Sequence record: DRR723986_647
Direction: 5' to 3' (one strand)
DNA: 64,000 nt
Shown here piece after piece: positions 50,221 through 58,770 of the stretch. Every line of letters starts with the position of its first letter. Within the stretch, counting starts at the first letter, position 1. The position numbers and the translations under genes were made by a program. Below the pieces are notes generated by a model. It did not search any database. It had not been told where the DNA came from and saw only the letters and a list, made by a program, of their open reading frames with translations.

Positions 50221-51969
50221 CTAAGAAACCGCAACTTCTGGGAGAAATGCTCTAGCAAGCGCGTAATACTGCTTTTCTGCTTCGCCGCCGTCAATGTCAG
50301 CTTCAAATATATTAGTATAATTATAGCTGATTTCAGGGGCAAATGCGATTTTGATTTTACCAGATGCTTCAGGCTTTATCGAACATTCTAGTTGAACCGG
50401 TCCAAAATCCACTTTTGCGATCGGTAAGGTCCCCAATTGCTTGTTGATTTTATTCTGCCCCCTTCTTTTCGCAGCCGTAGACTTTTCACCTTGTTTTAAA
50501 AATTTCCCGGTTTCAGAATCCACTTGCAAATCAAGCACGTTGCGCTCTTCAGAAAAGCTTGCTTTGGCTCGGCCTACTTTAGACTTTAAATCTTCAGGTA
50601 GGTCCTCAATGTTCATATTTTGCAACACCTCAAGTGACTTATCATCCACGTCAAATGAAGCGCCATAGACTTCATCTGGAATGCCAAACCACTCGAAGTC
50701 CGGAAATTTTGTTTTACCCGAACCAAAGGTAAAAGCCAGATAAAAAGGCCCTAAAGAAATTGATTTTTCAAAGCCTGACCTGATATCTCCGATGTCGCGC
50801 AAGCTATCAATACGTTGTTTGAGCACTTCTATTTCCCCGCTGACACCTCCACCAATTCTACCTCCTGCCCCTACTTCAAAATTAAAATAGATATACTCTT
50901 TGTTCGTATTTGGATCCAAAAGAAGGCCAATTTTCAACTGAGCACCAACGATAAAATAGAGCTCTATAGATACCGAAATTAATATAAGCGCTGTTGCTTT
51001 GCGCTTGTTATTTTTTTGCTGCTTCAGTCGCTCAGCGTAGGCTTTGGAGAATAGCTCATGATATTTCTTTTGTGGAAACAACGCATCCAATGCAGTCAAA
51101 GAGGAAAACATCTGCTTAACTTCAAATTGTGAGATTTTGCTGAGATTAAACTCTCTATCAGTCTGTTCGGTTCGGCTCTGTCTTTTCCGCAATGGCCTAA
51201 TAAGCGCAGCCACGAATTGCTTCTCGTATAAGTTTACGAAAGAATTAGGCAAACTATTGGTTTTAGTGAAAAGAAATTTATCAGCCGGCAACAATTTTAA
51301 AGGAGGCCTAAAAAAATATTGCTTGTCAGACTTAAACGTAATTTTACCACCCTTCGTTTCAACAAAGGGCCAATTTTTCAATATTCGGCGATAATTTCGA
51401 GCAACCTGTGAACTAAATTGAAGGGAAAACCCATTAACAAACTTATTATTGTATTTTTCATAAAACTTGGCTTTTGGCGATAAAGTAACCTTAAATTGAC
51501 CAGTACTATTAATTTCAATATTGACCACTTTCACATCGACCGACCATAGCTGAATTTCTTTGATAAGTTGTTGGTAAAGATCGGTTGGCACTGGCAAATC
51601 ATGAAGCGTTGGAGTGTTTTGTCGTTGATGCCGTTGATTGGTATCAACAATAATAGTCTCTTCATGATTGTAACTAAAAGCGCGAAGGTTCGAATGCTTA
51701 AACTTTGATAACGTCTTTAATTTCTGAAAGGTTAAACTGTTAGGTTTAACTATACCTTTTTCCTGTAATCCTGACTTCGTATTTAATAAACCAACATCAG
51801 ACTGAAAATCAAAAATGTGAGCTTTAAGCTCTTCCCCACCTAGCCCATCAACATTGTATGGATAATAGGCCCTTCCCGTAGCTTGATTTTTTAACATAAC
51901 TTGGATGAGAGCAATATCCGTACGCTTATTTACACCTCCAACACCAACACTCGCGCTAATTGTAGTCAT
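50221..51969 (-). CDS. AT-rich hypothetical protein with N-terminal peptidoglycan-binding-like domain
   Basis: ISASVG.GG.N...DI..IQ.ML...I.DFQ...G.V.P...T...L pattern; ATGA overlap with the holin stop; visibly AT-rich. Confidence 0.7.
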   Translation of the reverse strand: MTTISASVGVGGVNKRTDIALIQVMLKNQATGRAYYPYNVDGLGGEELKAHIFDFQSDVGLLNTKSGLQEKGIVKPNSLTFQKLKTLSKFKHSNLRAFSYNHEETIIVDTNQRHQRQNTPTLHDLPVPTDLYQQLIKEIQLWSVDVKVVNIEINSTGQFKVTLSPKAKFYEKYNNKFVNGFSLQFSSQVARNYRRILKNWPFVETKGGKITFKSDKQYFFRPPLKLLPADKFLFTKTNSLPNSFVNLYEKQFVAALIRPLRKRQSRTEQTDREFNLSKISQFEVKQMFSSLTALDALFPQKKYHELFSKAYAERLKQQKNNKRKATALILISVSIELYFIVGAQLKIGLLLDPNTNKEYIYFNFEVGAGGRIGGGVSGEIEVLKQRIDSLRDIGDIRSGFEKSISLGPFYLAFTFGSGKTKFPDFEWFGIPDEVYGASFDVDDKSLEVLQNMNIEDLPEDLKSKVGRAKASFSEERNVLDLQVDSETGKFLKQGEKSTAAKRRGQNKINKQLGTLPIAKVDFGPVQLECSIKPEASGKIKIAFAPEISYNYTNIFEADIDGGEAEKQYYALARAFLPEVAVS

Positions 51970-52406
51970 CTATTATCTACTTTTGATTGCCGACGTTCGC
52001 GCCACCCATCGCGGCCAACGCCTTTTAGTTTTTCAACGGTGCGAAGGCCGCCAAGGCCCAGCATAGCCATTAAAACCGTTATCAATGTTTCGGTACCGTT
52101 CAATGCAGGCGGCTCGGGCATGTCAGCGAAGAAGGCAAGCCGCAACCAATTCAGCAAATCATAACCAATGAAGTGCCAAGCCAAAGACAGGCCGCAAACC
52201 CAGCCCACAAAAGGCCGCCACCCGGCAACGAAAACCGAAGGATGTTGCGCCTCCGCCTTGTTAATTTCCAGTTGCGCGAGCCCGGCGCGCAGCATTTCCA
52301 TTTCCAGCTCGTGGTTGAACTTTTGGCGGGCGTTTTTGTCAGGTATCAGCTTATCAAGCGGGCTTTTGATCGCATCCAGAATGGTACCAATAATGGGTAT
52401 GCTCAC
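51966..52406 (-). CDS. Holin, 3TM GTA-release family
   Basis: LDKLIPD, INKAEAQHPSVFVAGWRPFVGWVCG, MLGLGGLRTVEK.KGV; GGAGG SD before GTG 52406. Confidence 0.9.
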   Translation of the reverse strand: MSIPIIGTILDAIKSPLDKLIPDKNARQKFNHELEMEMLRAGLAQLEINKAEAQHPSVFVAGWRPFVGWVCGLSLAWHFIGYDLLNWLRLAFFADMPEPPALNGTETLITVLMAMLGLGGLRTVEKLKGVGRDGWRERRQSKVDNR

Positions 52407-52501
52407 TGCACCCTCCAATTCAATATGGCGTCAAACAGCATGATCAACACGAATGCCGAGGCCGCGCTGAAGGCAAAGTCCTGCAGAAAGTCACGCAGCA
52501 T
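52403..52501 (-). CDS. 32-aa hydrophobic micropeptide between endolysin and holin (not in ORF track)
   Basis: MLRDFLQDFAFSAASAFVLIMLFDAILNWRVQ*; GGAGG 5 nt before ATG; its TGA overlaps the holin GTG (GTGA). Confidence 0.65.
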   Translation of the reverse strand: MLRDFLQDFAFSAASAFVLIMLFDAILNWRVQ

Positions 52502-53093
52502 GCCCGCCTCCTTTACCAACTTCGACATTGGCATCGGCACTGGCATGGATGCCCGCTTGGGTCGTACGGTCATTATCACTGCGTATAATGGTCAAGGTTT
52601 CGCGCCGGTTTTCGCCCAGCCGCTTGTGCGAAATATGCAACCACTCCGTCCGGCTGTCTTCGCGCTGACGCACTTCGTAAATAAGCTGATCGAAGGGAAT
52701 ATCGCTGGCCTTAATCGCCATGGCTGCATCAAAACACGGAACCCCGCGCACGATAATATCTACGGCCTCGCCTAGCAGATGCTGGCTGGTGGGTACGCCC
52801 CCAACCAATCGGTTCAGTGTACTGCACCGAAACCCGGACGTTACAATAACATATTTCCCAAACAGCGCGCGAACCGGCTCCAGCACATTGGTTGCCAGCG
52901 CACGCAAGTTGGCCACCTCTGCCTCTTCCCGCGGGATATTATACAGCTGGAACTTTTCTGCTGTTTGGCTTTTGGTAAATTCACTCAGGCGAAAATGCGG
53001 GCTCAGCATCATGCGCTCGTCAATTAATGACGGCACCGATTGCGGCAAGCTATAGCTGTGCGCACCATGGGGCTTTGCTGGCTTATAGGTCAT
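52491..53093 (-). CDS. Endolysin, peptidase M15A (Zn D-Ala-D-Ala peptidase fold)
   Basis: LSPHFRLSEF..S.TA, LEPVR, TSGFRC..LN..VGG..TSQH..GEAVD, FDQLIYE, WLHIS. Confidence 0.9.
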   Translation of the reverse strand: MTYKPAKPHGAHSYSLPQSVPSLIDERMMLSPHFRLSEFTKSQTAEKFQLYNIPREEAEVANLRALATNVLEPVRALFGKYVIVTSGFRCSTLNRLVGGVPTSQHLLGEAVDIIVRGVPCFDAAMAIKASDIPFDQLIYEVRQREDSRTEWLHISHKRLGENRRETLTIIRSDNDRTTQAGIHASADANVEVGKGGGHAA

Positions 53094-53341
53094 GCCAGCC
53101 ACCCCAATTTTTCGGCCAGCAAAAAGCCAAAAAGCGTGCCTATTTGCGCCAACACCAATAGCATCAGCTTAATAACGATGGACCACCGCTTGCTGCATTC
53201 AATCTCGTGGCGTTCAATTCGGTCAAAGGCCAAGGTGGCTTTCAGCAAGGCTGAATTGGCGTTTGTGCTACCATCCATGCCAAGGCTCACCGCATCCCCA
53301 AAACCGGCATCATATTCCTGCTTCGCACCAATAATGGTCAT
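53090..53341 (-). CDS. Small phage membrane protein (coiled coil + C-terminal TM), lysis cassette
   Basis: ATGA overlaps on both sides; RIERHEIEC..RW followed by a hydrophobic segment. Confidence 0.7.
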   Translation of the reverse strand: MTIIGAKQEYDAGFGDAVSLGMDGSTNANSALLKATLAFDRIERHEIECSKRWSIVIKLMLLVLAQIGTLFGFLLAEKLGWLA

Positions 53342-53706
53342 AGCTGCACCGTTAGGGCTAATGTGGCGACCCACCCCGCTAGCAACGCCGCAAGGCCTGC
53401 AAAAAAGCGCTTTTTCTCAAGCCCATGCCAGCGCCAAAAGGCAAAGGCCCCAAGGGGCGGCAGTGAGAAAATATCGTCCCACTCAACAGCGGCACGCTCT
53501 GCCCCCATACCCCACAACAGGGCGGTCAGCATTAAGGCCCAAATACCGCCCACAATCATGGATCCGCAGAAAACGACGGCCCCAAGGGGTGGCAGGCAGT
53601 AAACCACCAAAACCAAGCCCGCGCGTTTCAAAGCCGGGCGGGTATAAAAAAAGCGACCCAGGCTTGCGCTCAGGGCCGCTTTCGCGTTCACGATGTAATG
53701 TTTCAT
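53338..53706 (-). CDS. Phage multi-pass membrane protein
   Basis: 3-4 hydrophobic segments; AGGAG upstream; stop coupled to the next gene. Confidence 0.65.
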   Translation of the reverse strand: MKHYIVNAKAALSASLGRFFYTRPALKRAGLVLVVYCLPPLGAVVFCGSMIVGGIWALMLTALLWGMGAERAAVEWDDIFSLPPLGAFAFWRWHGLEKKRFFAGLAALLAGWVATLALTVQL

Positions 53707-53780
53707 AAAATGGGAATACTCCTGATTCAATCAGCTATTGGTCTGAAATTATTGTGCTGCCACTATTGCTAAAGCGCGCG

Positions 53781-56444
53781 CTACGGTGCTTGCAGGTCTC
53801 CGTTTTCATCCACATATTGCTGGATAACCGCCATAATGAAGGCTGTATCTGCATTTGCACCGGCTGACCCAGGTGGCCCCGCCGGTCCTGCCGGCCCCTG
53901 AGGGCCCGTTGGCCCCATCGGGCCTGCCGGGCCAGGCGCACCGTCGGCACCGTCTTGACCATCTTGGCCGTCAACACCGTTCTGTCCCGGCGCACCATCA
54001 TTGCCCTGTTCGCCGACAATGCGCTGAGCGATTGACCAACTGCCGCCAGAAAGCCGTTGGCGCATGTATAGGTCACCAGTTTGAAAGGTTGTGTGCCAAT
54101 TGTTTGATCCATCAATTGAATATTCAACTTCAAGGCCTGTGCCGCCCACACCTTGTGGTGTCGACCATGTTCCAATCAGAGTATTCTCGGCGCTTTTCAG
54201 GCCTTTGATCATCCATAGCTGAGTGCCGTCTTCGGCCGGTGGTCCGTCAGACCAGCCCACAGGTGTGTCACCGGTTGGTGTTGAGGGTTGGCTCGCCGAC
54301 CTTCTGAACATAATGTCGAAAAAGCCACCATTAGTACCCGCGGCACCGTCGGCACCAACACTGGCGAGCAATTCCCAGTAAGTTGGGTTTGTTAGTGCTG
54401 TGCCAGAAGCAGGAATTGCCGAAATAAACACATAGGACGACCCCTCTGACGTGACAATATCGCCGCGCATATACTCAGTACTGGCGCTGTACGCCCCTTT
54501 AAACTCCGTGCGGGTGGCGCCGTCTTCAATGGTGTCCAGTTTGCTTATGGTGGTCACCGTCAGGTCAACCGGGTCTGCAACTGCTTCAATGGAACGTTGC
54601 AGCAGCCGTGTTACATAACGCACCACAACCCTGTATTGGCGGTCGTCCACCAAGTCTGGAATGCGGCAAGCGGTTGCCTCATTATCTAGAATAAGCGTGC
54701 CTTGATAGTCATCGCTGGCGGCAAGCTCAGTATCGGCCTTGTCTCGCCATTTCACTTCAATGCGCTCAACCGGAATGTTCGAAGTTGGTGCGTCCCACGA
54801 CAGATAAATACCACTGATCACGCTGCCATCGGCTTTTGCGGTATGATATTCCGCAGCGGTTAAGTTGGTAACGGCGTTAGGGTCGGTCCAGACATCCGGG
54901 TTGTCGTCATTGGGCGAAAGCGGCTCTGGGGTCGGTGTTTCAGCACCGTAAACCGTGGCATCATAACGCTGTAAGTCCACCGATACATCAAGCGTGCTGC
55001 CAACGGTCACCGTTTCCACAATGAACCACGCTGATGCAGCACTGTAACCTTTGTCGGGGAACTCCAGCGCGATAACATCACCCGGCTCCAGCAACATGGC
55101 TTGCGGCGCTACCTTTAGCCCTCGGATGCGCTCGCCCACCCGGCTTTTACGCACCATAAATTCAGCATAGGCTTTGGCACGGTAAAAGTCTGTCACCGAT
55201 GGCAGGCTGTCATCCGCGTGAAGGTCCCGCCCGCCGTCTTCATCGAGGAATGCGGTATGAATAGACGAACCGCGCTCAGGCCAGGAAACGGTGTCGTCTT
55301 CATGGCTTTTGTTGGCATTGGGGAACGTAACCGTGAAACGATTGTACCGGTCAGACCGTCTGCCGTGCTCGATAGACCAACCACCCAGAATGGTGTCTGC
55401 GTCAAAGGTCATAACAGGTGCTGCCACTTCATCTTCAATCACCAGTCGATGCCGACCATTAGACCAAGACAGTGACCAACCAAACTCCTTAAGCAATAAG
55501 CGAATGTTATCAACCACGCCGGTTTTTGGGTCCAAAACCGCGTCAGCCTGATAGCGCCTTTGGCTTGTTCCCACCTGATCTGGCCGGTATTCGGGGTAAT
55601 AGTCATCGATATCAATATCAATGCGTTCGCCAGTGAAGGGGTTATACCACTGGGGTTGAACGGCACCAGTTTGATTGGTTTGCCGTGCAGGGATGGTAAC
55701 TGTTTCGTCGCACACATTCGCAGCAATAATAAAACTGTCTATATCCAACTCATCGGCAGGAGCACCAAACCCAAACGCCCCCATCATGTAATTCAAAACC
55801 GCCAGCGCGCGGTTGTTGCCGAAGCTCCACGTAGAAGGGTCATCAAAGCTTTGCCCGCCTGATGCGCCGTAGGCCGGGTCTTGGCGCGGGTCATACAGGC
55901 GAAGGCCGCGCACATCGGCCTTTAACTGTGGCTCGCCCCTAAACTGCGGATGTTTGGTTGAATTGAAAAACCGAGTCCAGGAGTAGGCAACACCTGCCCC
56001 CTTGTGTGCGCTGCTCCATCCAAGGGCCGCAACTGTTAGGCCCGTCATGGCGCTTTGGCTGTCAGCACCCAACAATGTTGCCGCCCGAAAATAGGGTCGT
56101 TTGGATTGAAAACGCTTGTGGCCGTCGGCGTCGCCGTCAATCCAGAAGCGTTCAACCGCATCAATTGGCCCCTGCCCCCAAACATCTATGCGGTGCAACC
56201 AGTTGTTATGGTCCAGCGGGTCGTCCCGATTATCAATCCCCCTGCTTACAACTGTGGCGGAGCCGTTACCGATGGCAGACGCTTTCCTATTGGAAACCCG
56301 CTTCAAAACCGTAATGGCTTCTGCGCGCCGACGGCCATATATAATTGGCAGGCCAGCGGCTGTCGCTGATTTAGAAAGCTCAATTTTCTGGTTCGGCGCA
56401 CCGCTGAGGCCAAGGAATTTGCCAACAAAATTAAGTAAACCCAT
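53781..56444 (-). CDS. Tail tip / host-specificity protein (gpJ-like) with FN3-like region and C-terminal collagen repeats
   Basis: LPIIYGRRR, VRGLRLYDPR, LEPGDVI, LSWDAP; 18 Gly-X-Y triplets. Confidence 0.85.
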   Translation of the reverse strand: MGLLNFVGKFLGLSGAPNQKIELSKSATAAGLPIIYGRRRAEAITVLKRVSNRKASAIGNGSATVVSRGIDNRDDPLDHNNWLHRIDVWGQGPIDAVERFWIDGDADGHKRFQSKRPYFRAATLLGADSQSAMTGLTVAALGWSSAHKGAGVAYSWTRFFNSTKHPQFRGEPQLKADVRGLRLYDPRQDPAYGASGGQSFDDPSTWSFGNNRALAVLNYMMGAFGFGAPADELDIDSFIIAANVCDETVTIPARQTNQTGAVQPQWYNPFTGERIDIDIDDYYPEYRPDQVGTSQRRYQADAVLDPKTGVVDNIRLLLKEFGWSLSWSNGRHRLVIEDEVAAPVMTFDADTILGGWSIEHGRRSDRYNRFTVTFPNANKSHEDDTVSWPERGSSIHTAFLDEDGGRDLHADDSLPSVTDFYRAKAYAEFMVRKSRVGERIRGLKVAPQAMLLEPGDVIALEFPDKGYSAASAWFIVETVTVGSTLDVSVDLQRYDATVYGAETPTPEPLSPNDDNPDVWTDPNAVTNLTAAEYHTAKADGSVISGIYLSWDAPTSNIPVERIEVKWRDKADTELAASDDYQGTLILDNEATACRIPDLVDDRQYRVVVRYVTRLLQRSIEAVADPVDLTVTTISKLDTIEDGATRTEFKGAYSASTEYMRGDIVTSEGSSYVFISAIPASGTALTNPTYWELLASVGADGAAGTNGGFFDIMFRRSASQPSTPTGDTPVGWSDGPPAEDGTQLWMIKGLKSAENTLIGTWSTPQGVGGTGLEVEYSIDGSNNWHTTFQTGDLYMRQRLSGGSWSIAQRIVGEQGNDGAPGQNGVDGQDGQDGADGAPGPAGPMGPTGPQGPAGPAGPPGSAGANADTAFIMAVIQQYVDENGDLQAP
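53853..54014 (-). repeat. Collagen-like (Gly-X-Y)18 repeat
   Basis: GEQ GND GAP GQN GVD GQD GQD GAD GAP GPA GPM GPT GPQ GPA GPA GPP GSA GAN. Confidence 0.95.
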
Positions 56445-57016
56445 TAGGCGTCTGCTCCCCACCCGATGGTGTTTTTCTCTTCGTGAGCAAATTCAAAGAA
56501 TTTGTCACCGGGGTAATTATCATTTTGGTTATGGTCGCTGGTGGCGCGCCCGGCGGTCAGATTTGGTTTGGCCCACGGGCTGGTTATTTTAACAGCGATG
56601 GTCGAGCGCGACCCGCTGTCTTGTTCGGTCCAGCTATCAAAAGCACCTTTATAGAGACTAATGGCTTGGCCATCGATTACTGCTCCGCCCGCATCAAGGA
56701 ACACCAGCCGCACTTCACAGGCATCGCCCACACGGTCAACCGGCGAGCCGTCTGTGTAGCTGTGGCGCATGGCATAGGCCATGCCCGCGTCAACGTTAGA
56801 GAAAGTAACCGTGTAGCTTTGCAGTTTAATCCGCCGCTCTCGCACGACGGAGCGCACGCCGAGCAGGTCGCCTTGGCTTCGGTATGTGTTGCCACCAAAA
56901 TTGATATCAAGCGAATGATTGGTGAAAAACAAATCATCACCCAATTGCAGCAACCAGGCATAGCTGAGGGTATCGGCACTAAGGGCCGCTTGAATTCCGT
57001 TTGAAACTGTCAGCAT
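56444..57016 (-). CDS. Baseplate hub / minor tail protein (DUF2163-like)
   Basis: FFTNH..DI.FGG.TY...G.LL and C-terminal YPGDKFFEF...IGWG; position before the tip gene. Confidence 0.75.
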   Translation of the reverse strand: MLTVSNGIQAALSADTLSYAWLLQLGDDLFFTNHSLDINFGGNTYRSQGDLLGVRSVVRERRIKLQSYTVTFSNVDAGMAYAMRHSYTDGSPVDRVGDACEVRLVFLDAGGAVIDGQAISLYKGAFDSWTEQDSGSRSTIAVKITSPWAKPNLTAGRATSDHNQNDNYPGDKFFEFAHEEKNTIGWGADA

Positions 57017-57017
57017 G

Positions 57018-57518
57018 TTAAAGCCTTTCAATCAGGTCGACACCAAGTCGGATCAAACCGTCTCTACCAATGGTGACTTCCTGCACGTCATTTTGCAGGG
57101 ATGCCCGCATGAAAACCTGATCGGTGAACATGGTTGCGCCGGTTAAACGCGGCGACGGGAACAACGTAGTAGTCGGGTCTGTGCCTGCAATCATGTGCAG
57201 CTTGGTATCATCGTCCACATTAGCAAAGTTGGCCGCCGTGTTGCCGGTGCTGACAGCCAAGCCAGTGATCTCCACTTTAAAAATGCTGTTGCGCCCTTGC
57301 CTTGATTGCAAAAAGGCAATCAGGTCTGCGGCATCGCTGCGTTTCATTGGGTTATAGCCAAGGGTCACCTGAAAAAGCTGGCCGCCATATGCCCGGCTTA
57401 AAATGCGACCACTTTCGGCTTGGCTGGTTTTAGTGCGCTGCTGCGACCGCACAAGCATTTCGGCTGGGGCCGGCAGCATTGGTAAGGCATCTAGCGATGA
57501 AAACATGGAGCTGGGCAT
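57018..57518 (-). CDS. Distal tail protein-like
   Basis: S.SGR...R..GGQ.F..TL.Y.PM...A..L.AFL....G....F; position after the TMP. Confidence 0.7.
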   Translation of the reverse strand: MPSSMFSSLDALPMLPAPAEMLVRSQQRTKTSQAESGRILSRAYGGQLFQVTLGYNPMKRSDAADLIAFLQSRQGRNSIFKVEITGLAVSTGNTAANFANVDDDTKLHMIAGTDPTTTLFPSPRLTGATMFTDQVFMRASLQNDVQEVTIGRDGLIRLGVDLIERL

Positions 57519-57580
57519 CAAGAAAGCTTTCCTGTTGGCAAGGTTTGCAGGGCATGAAGGTGTGCGGATTTGCGAAGCAG

Positions 57581-58522
57581 TTAGGCGCTGAAAGGCGAGG
57601 CCTGCGCATAGTCTGCATAAATTTCGCGGATCATGGTCTCAATGGCACCACGATTAGCAGATACTGCGTCTGGGCTGGCGTCACCGCCGATGGTTAAATT
57701 GATGGTGGGGTTAAAACTGTTGGTGCTAGTTGACCGGTTCAAATTGGAAATTGATCCGCCAGTACTGACGTCACTGGCACCGCCGCCACTGCCGACAATT
57801 CTACCCAAAAAGTCAGACAGATCTTGGTTCAGGCGTTTGCCAACAACCCGCTCACCTTTTTCAAGTAAATAGGTGCCTGAAGACGGCACTTTATCGAGGC
57901 CGTCATGCGCCTGACCCTTAATGGTGGAAATTTGCGTGGCAGCCTGTGCCGCCAGAGCGGCAGCAAGGGGTATGGCGGCAGGAAAGCCGTGCTCTTTAAA
58001 GGTTTTGGTTATGCCAACAGCGGCGTTAACCACCGCTGCACCGATGGCATAGGCTTTTCTGACCTTGGCTAACTTTTTTGACCCTGCAATAGCATTAGCT
58101 AGTTTAGACGCCCAAAGTTTTTTATCGCTTTCTGCCTGTTCTTTATCCGCCTCGGTTTGGGACTTTGACACATCGCTTGAAAGCGCTTTCACTTTTTCCG
58201 CATTATCAGCGTCATTAGCGCTGTTTTCGCCTGCTTTTTCTTTCTTTGCCCCATCAAACATGCCGCTTGCGACAAATTGATCAGTTAAAAAACCAGAGAA
58301 AGTTGTCGCTAATTTTGGCTCAGGCATTGGACCCGGACCACTTGCAACAAGATTAGACTGACCGCCGGTCACTGTGCCACCGCCCCCTGTACTTCGGTCA
58401 ATGTTTTGACCGATGGATGACAAGGTTTTGCCAGCCTTTTTGACGCCATCCACAATCTGGTTCAGCGGCCTCAAAATTTTGGAAGGATCTATTTTTGCGG
58501 CAATGTCGCTCTGAAAAACCAT
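57581..58522 (-). CDS. Short tail tape-measure protein (313 aa)
   Basis: Ala-rich helix and GQAHDGLD.VP..GTYLLEKGERVV TMP C-terminal motif; follows the TAC pair. Confidence 0.8.
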   Translation of the reverse strand: MVFQSDIAAKIDPSKILRPLNQIVDGVKKAGKTLSSIGQNIDRSTGGGGTVTGGQSNLVASGPGPMPEPKLATTFSGFLTDQFVASGMFDGAKKEKAGENSANDADNAEKVKALSSDVSKSQTEADKEQAESDKKLWASKLANAIAGSKKLAKVRKAYAIGAAVVNAAVGITKTFKEHGFPAAIPLAAALAAQAATQISTIKGQAHDGLDKVPSSGTYLLEKGERVVGKRLNQDLSDFLGRIVGSGGGASDVSTGGSISNLNRSTSTNSFNPTINLTIGGDASPDAVSANRGAIETMIREIYADYAQASPFSA

Positions 58523-58770
58523 CAACCATACCTTTCTTGCAATTCGTTCAACCGCGCCCGCGTCATGGGGGGCGGTGCGGGTTTAATGCCCTGCTCCCGT
58601 TGCCGACCGGCAATTGCCAACAACAGTTCTGGCAGCGTGGCCCGGTAAATTGTGCGGGGTGGCCACCCAAGTGTGGTGCCCGCATTCATCACATCGTGCC
58701 AATTTATGGTGTTTGGGTTTTGGTCGGCGTGGGCGTGCGGTGCCGCCGTGTCGCGGCTTAAAGCTTTCCC
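58522..58770 (-). CDS. Tail assembly chaperone C-terminal extension (gpGT-like, -1 frame; not in ORF track)
   Basis: Open -1 frame GKALSRD...INWHDVMNAGTTLGWPPRTIYRATLPELLLAIAG...MTRARLNELQERYG*; its TGA overlaps the TMP ATG. Confidence 0.8.
   Translation of the reverse strand, partial: GKALSRDTAAPHAHADQNPNTINWHDVMNAGTTLGWPPRTIYRATLPELLLAIAGRQREQGIKPAPPPMTRARLNELQERYG

Noticed and set aside
50148-50342. 64-aa ORF as an immunity gene for the AT-rich cargo protein
   Set aside because: Overlaps the cargo 3' end by ~120 nt in another frame; no SD or convincing composition
52173-53708. 200-aa and 222-aa plus-strand ORFs over the lysis cassette
   Set aside because: Antisense to coupled minus-strand genes; no lipobox or other motif
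53735-54175. 146-aa alternative-frame ORF over the collagen region (possible frameshifted fibre end)
   Set aside because: Arg/Gln-rich by-product of GC-rich Gly-X-Y codons; no slippery site or SD noticed
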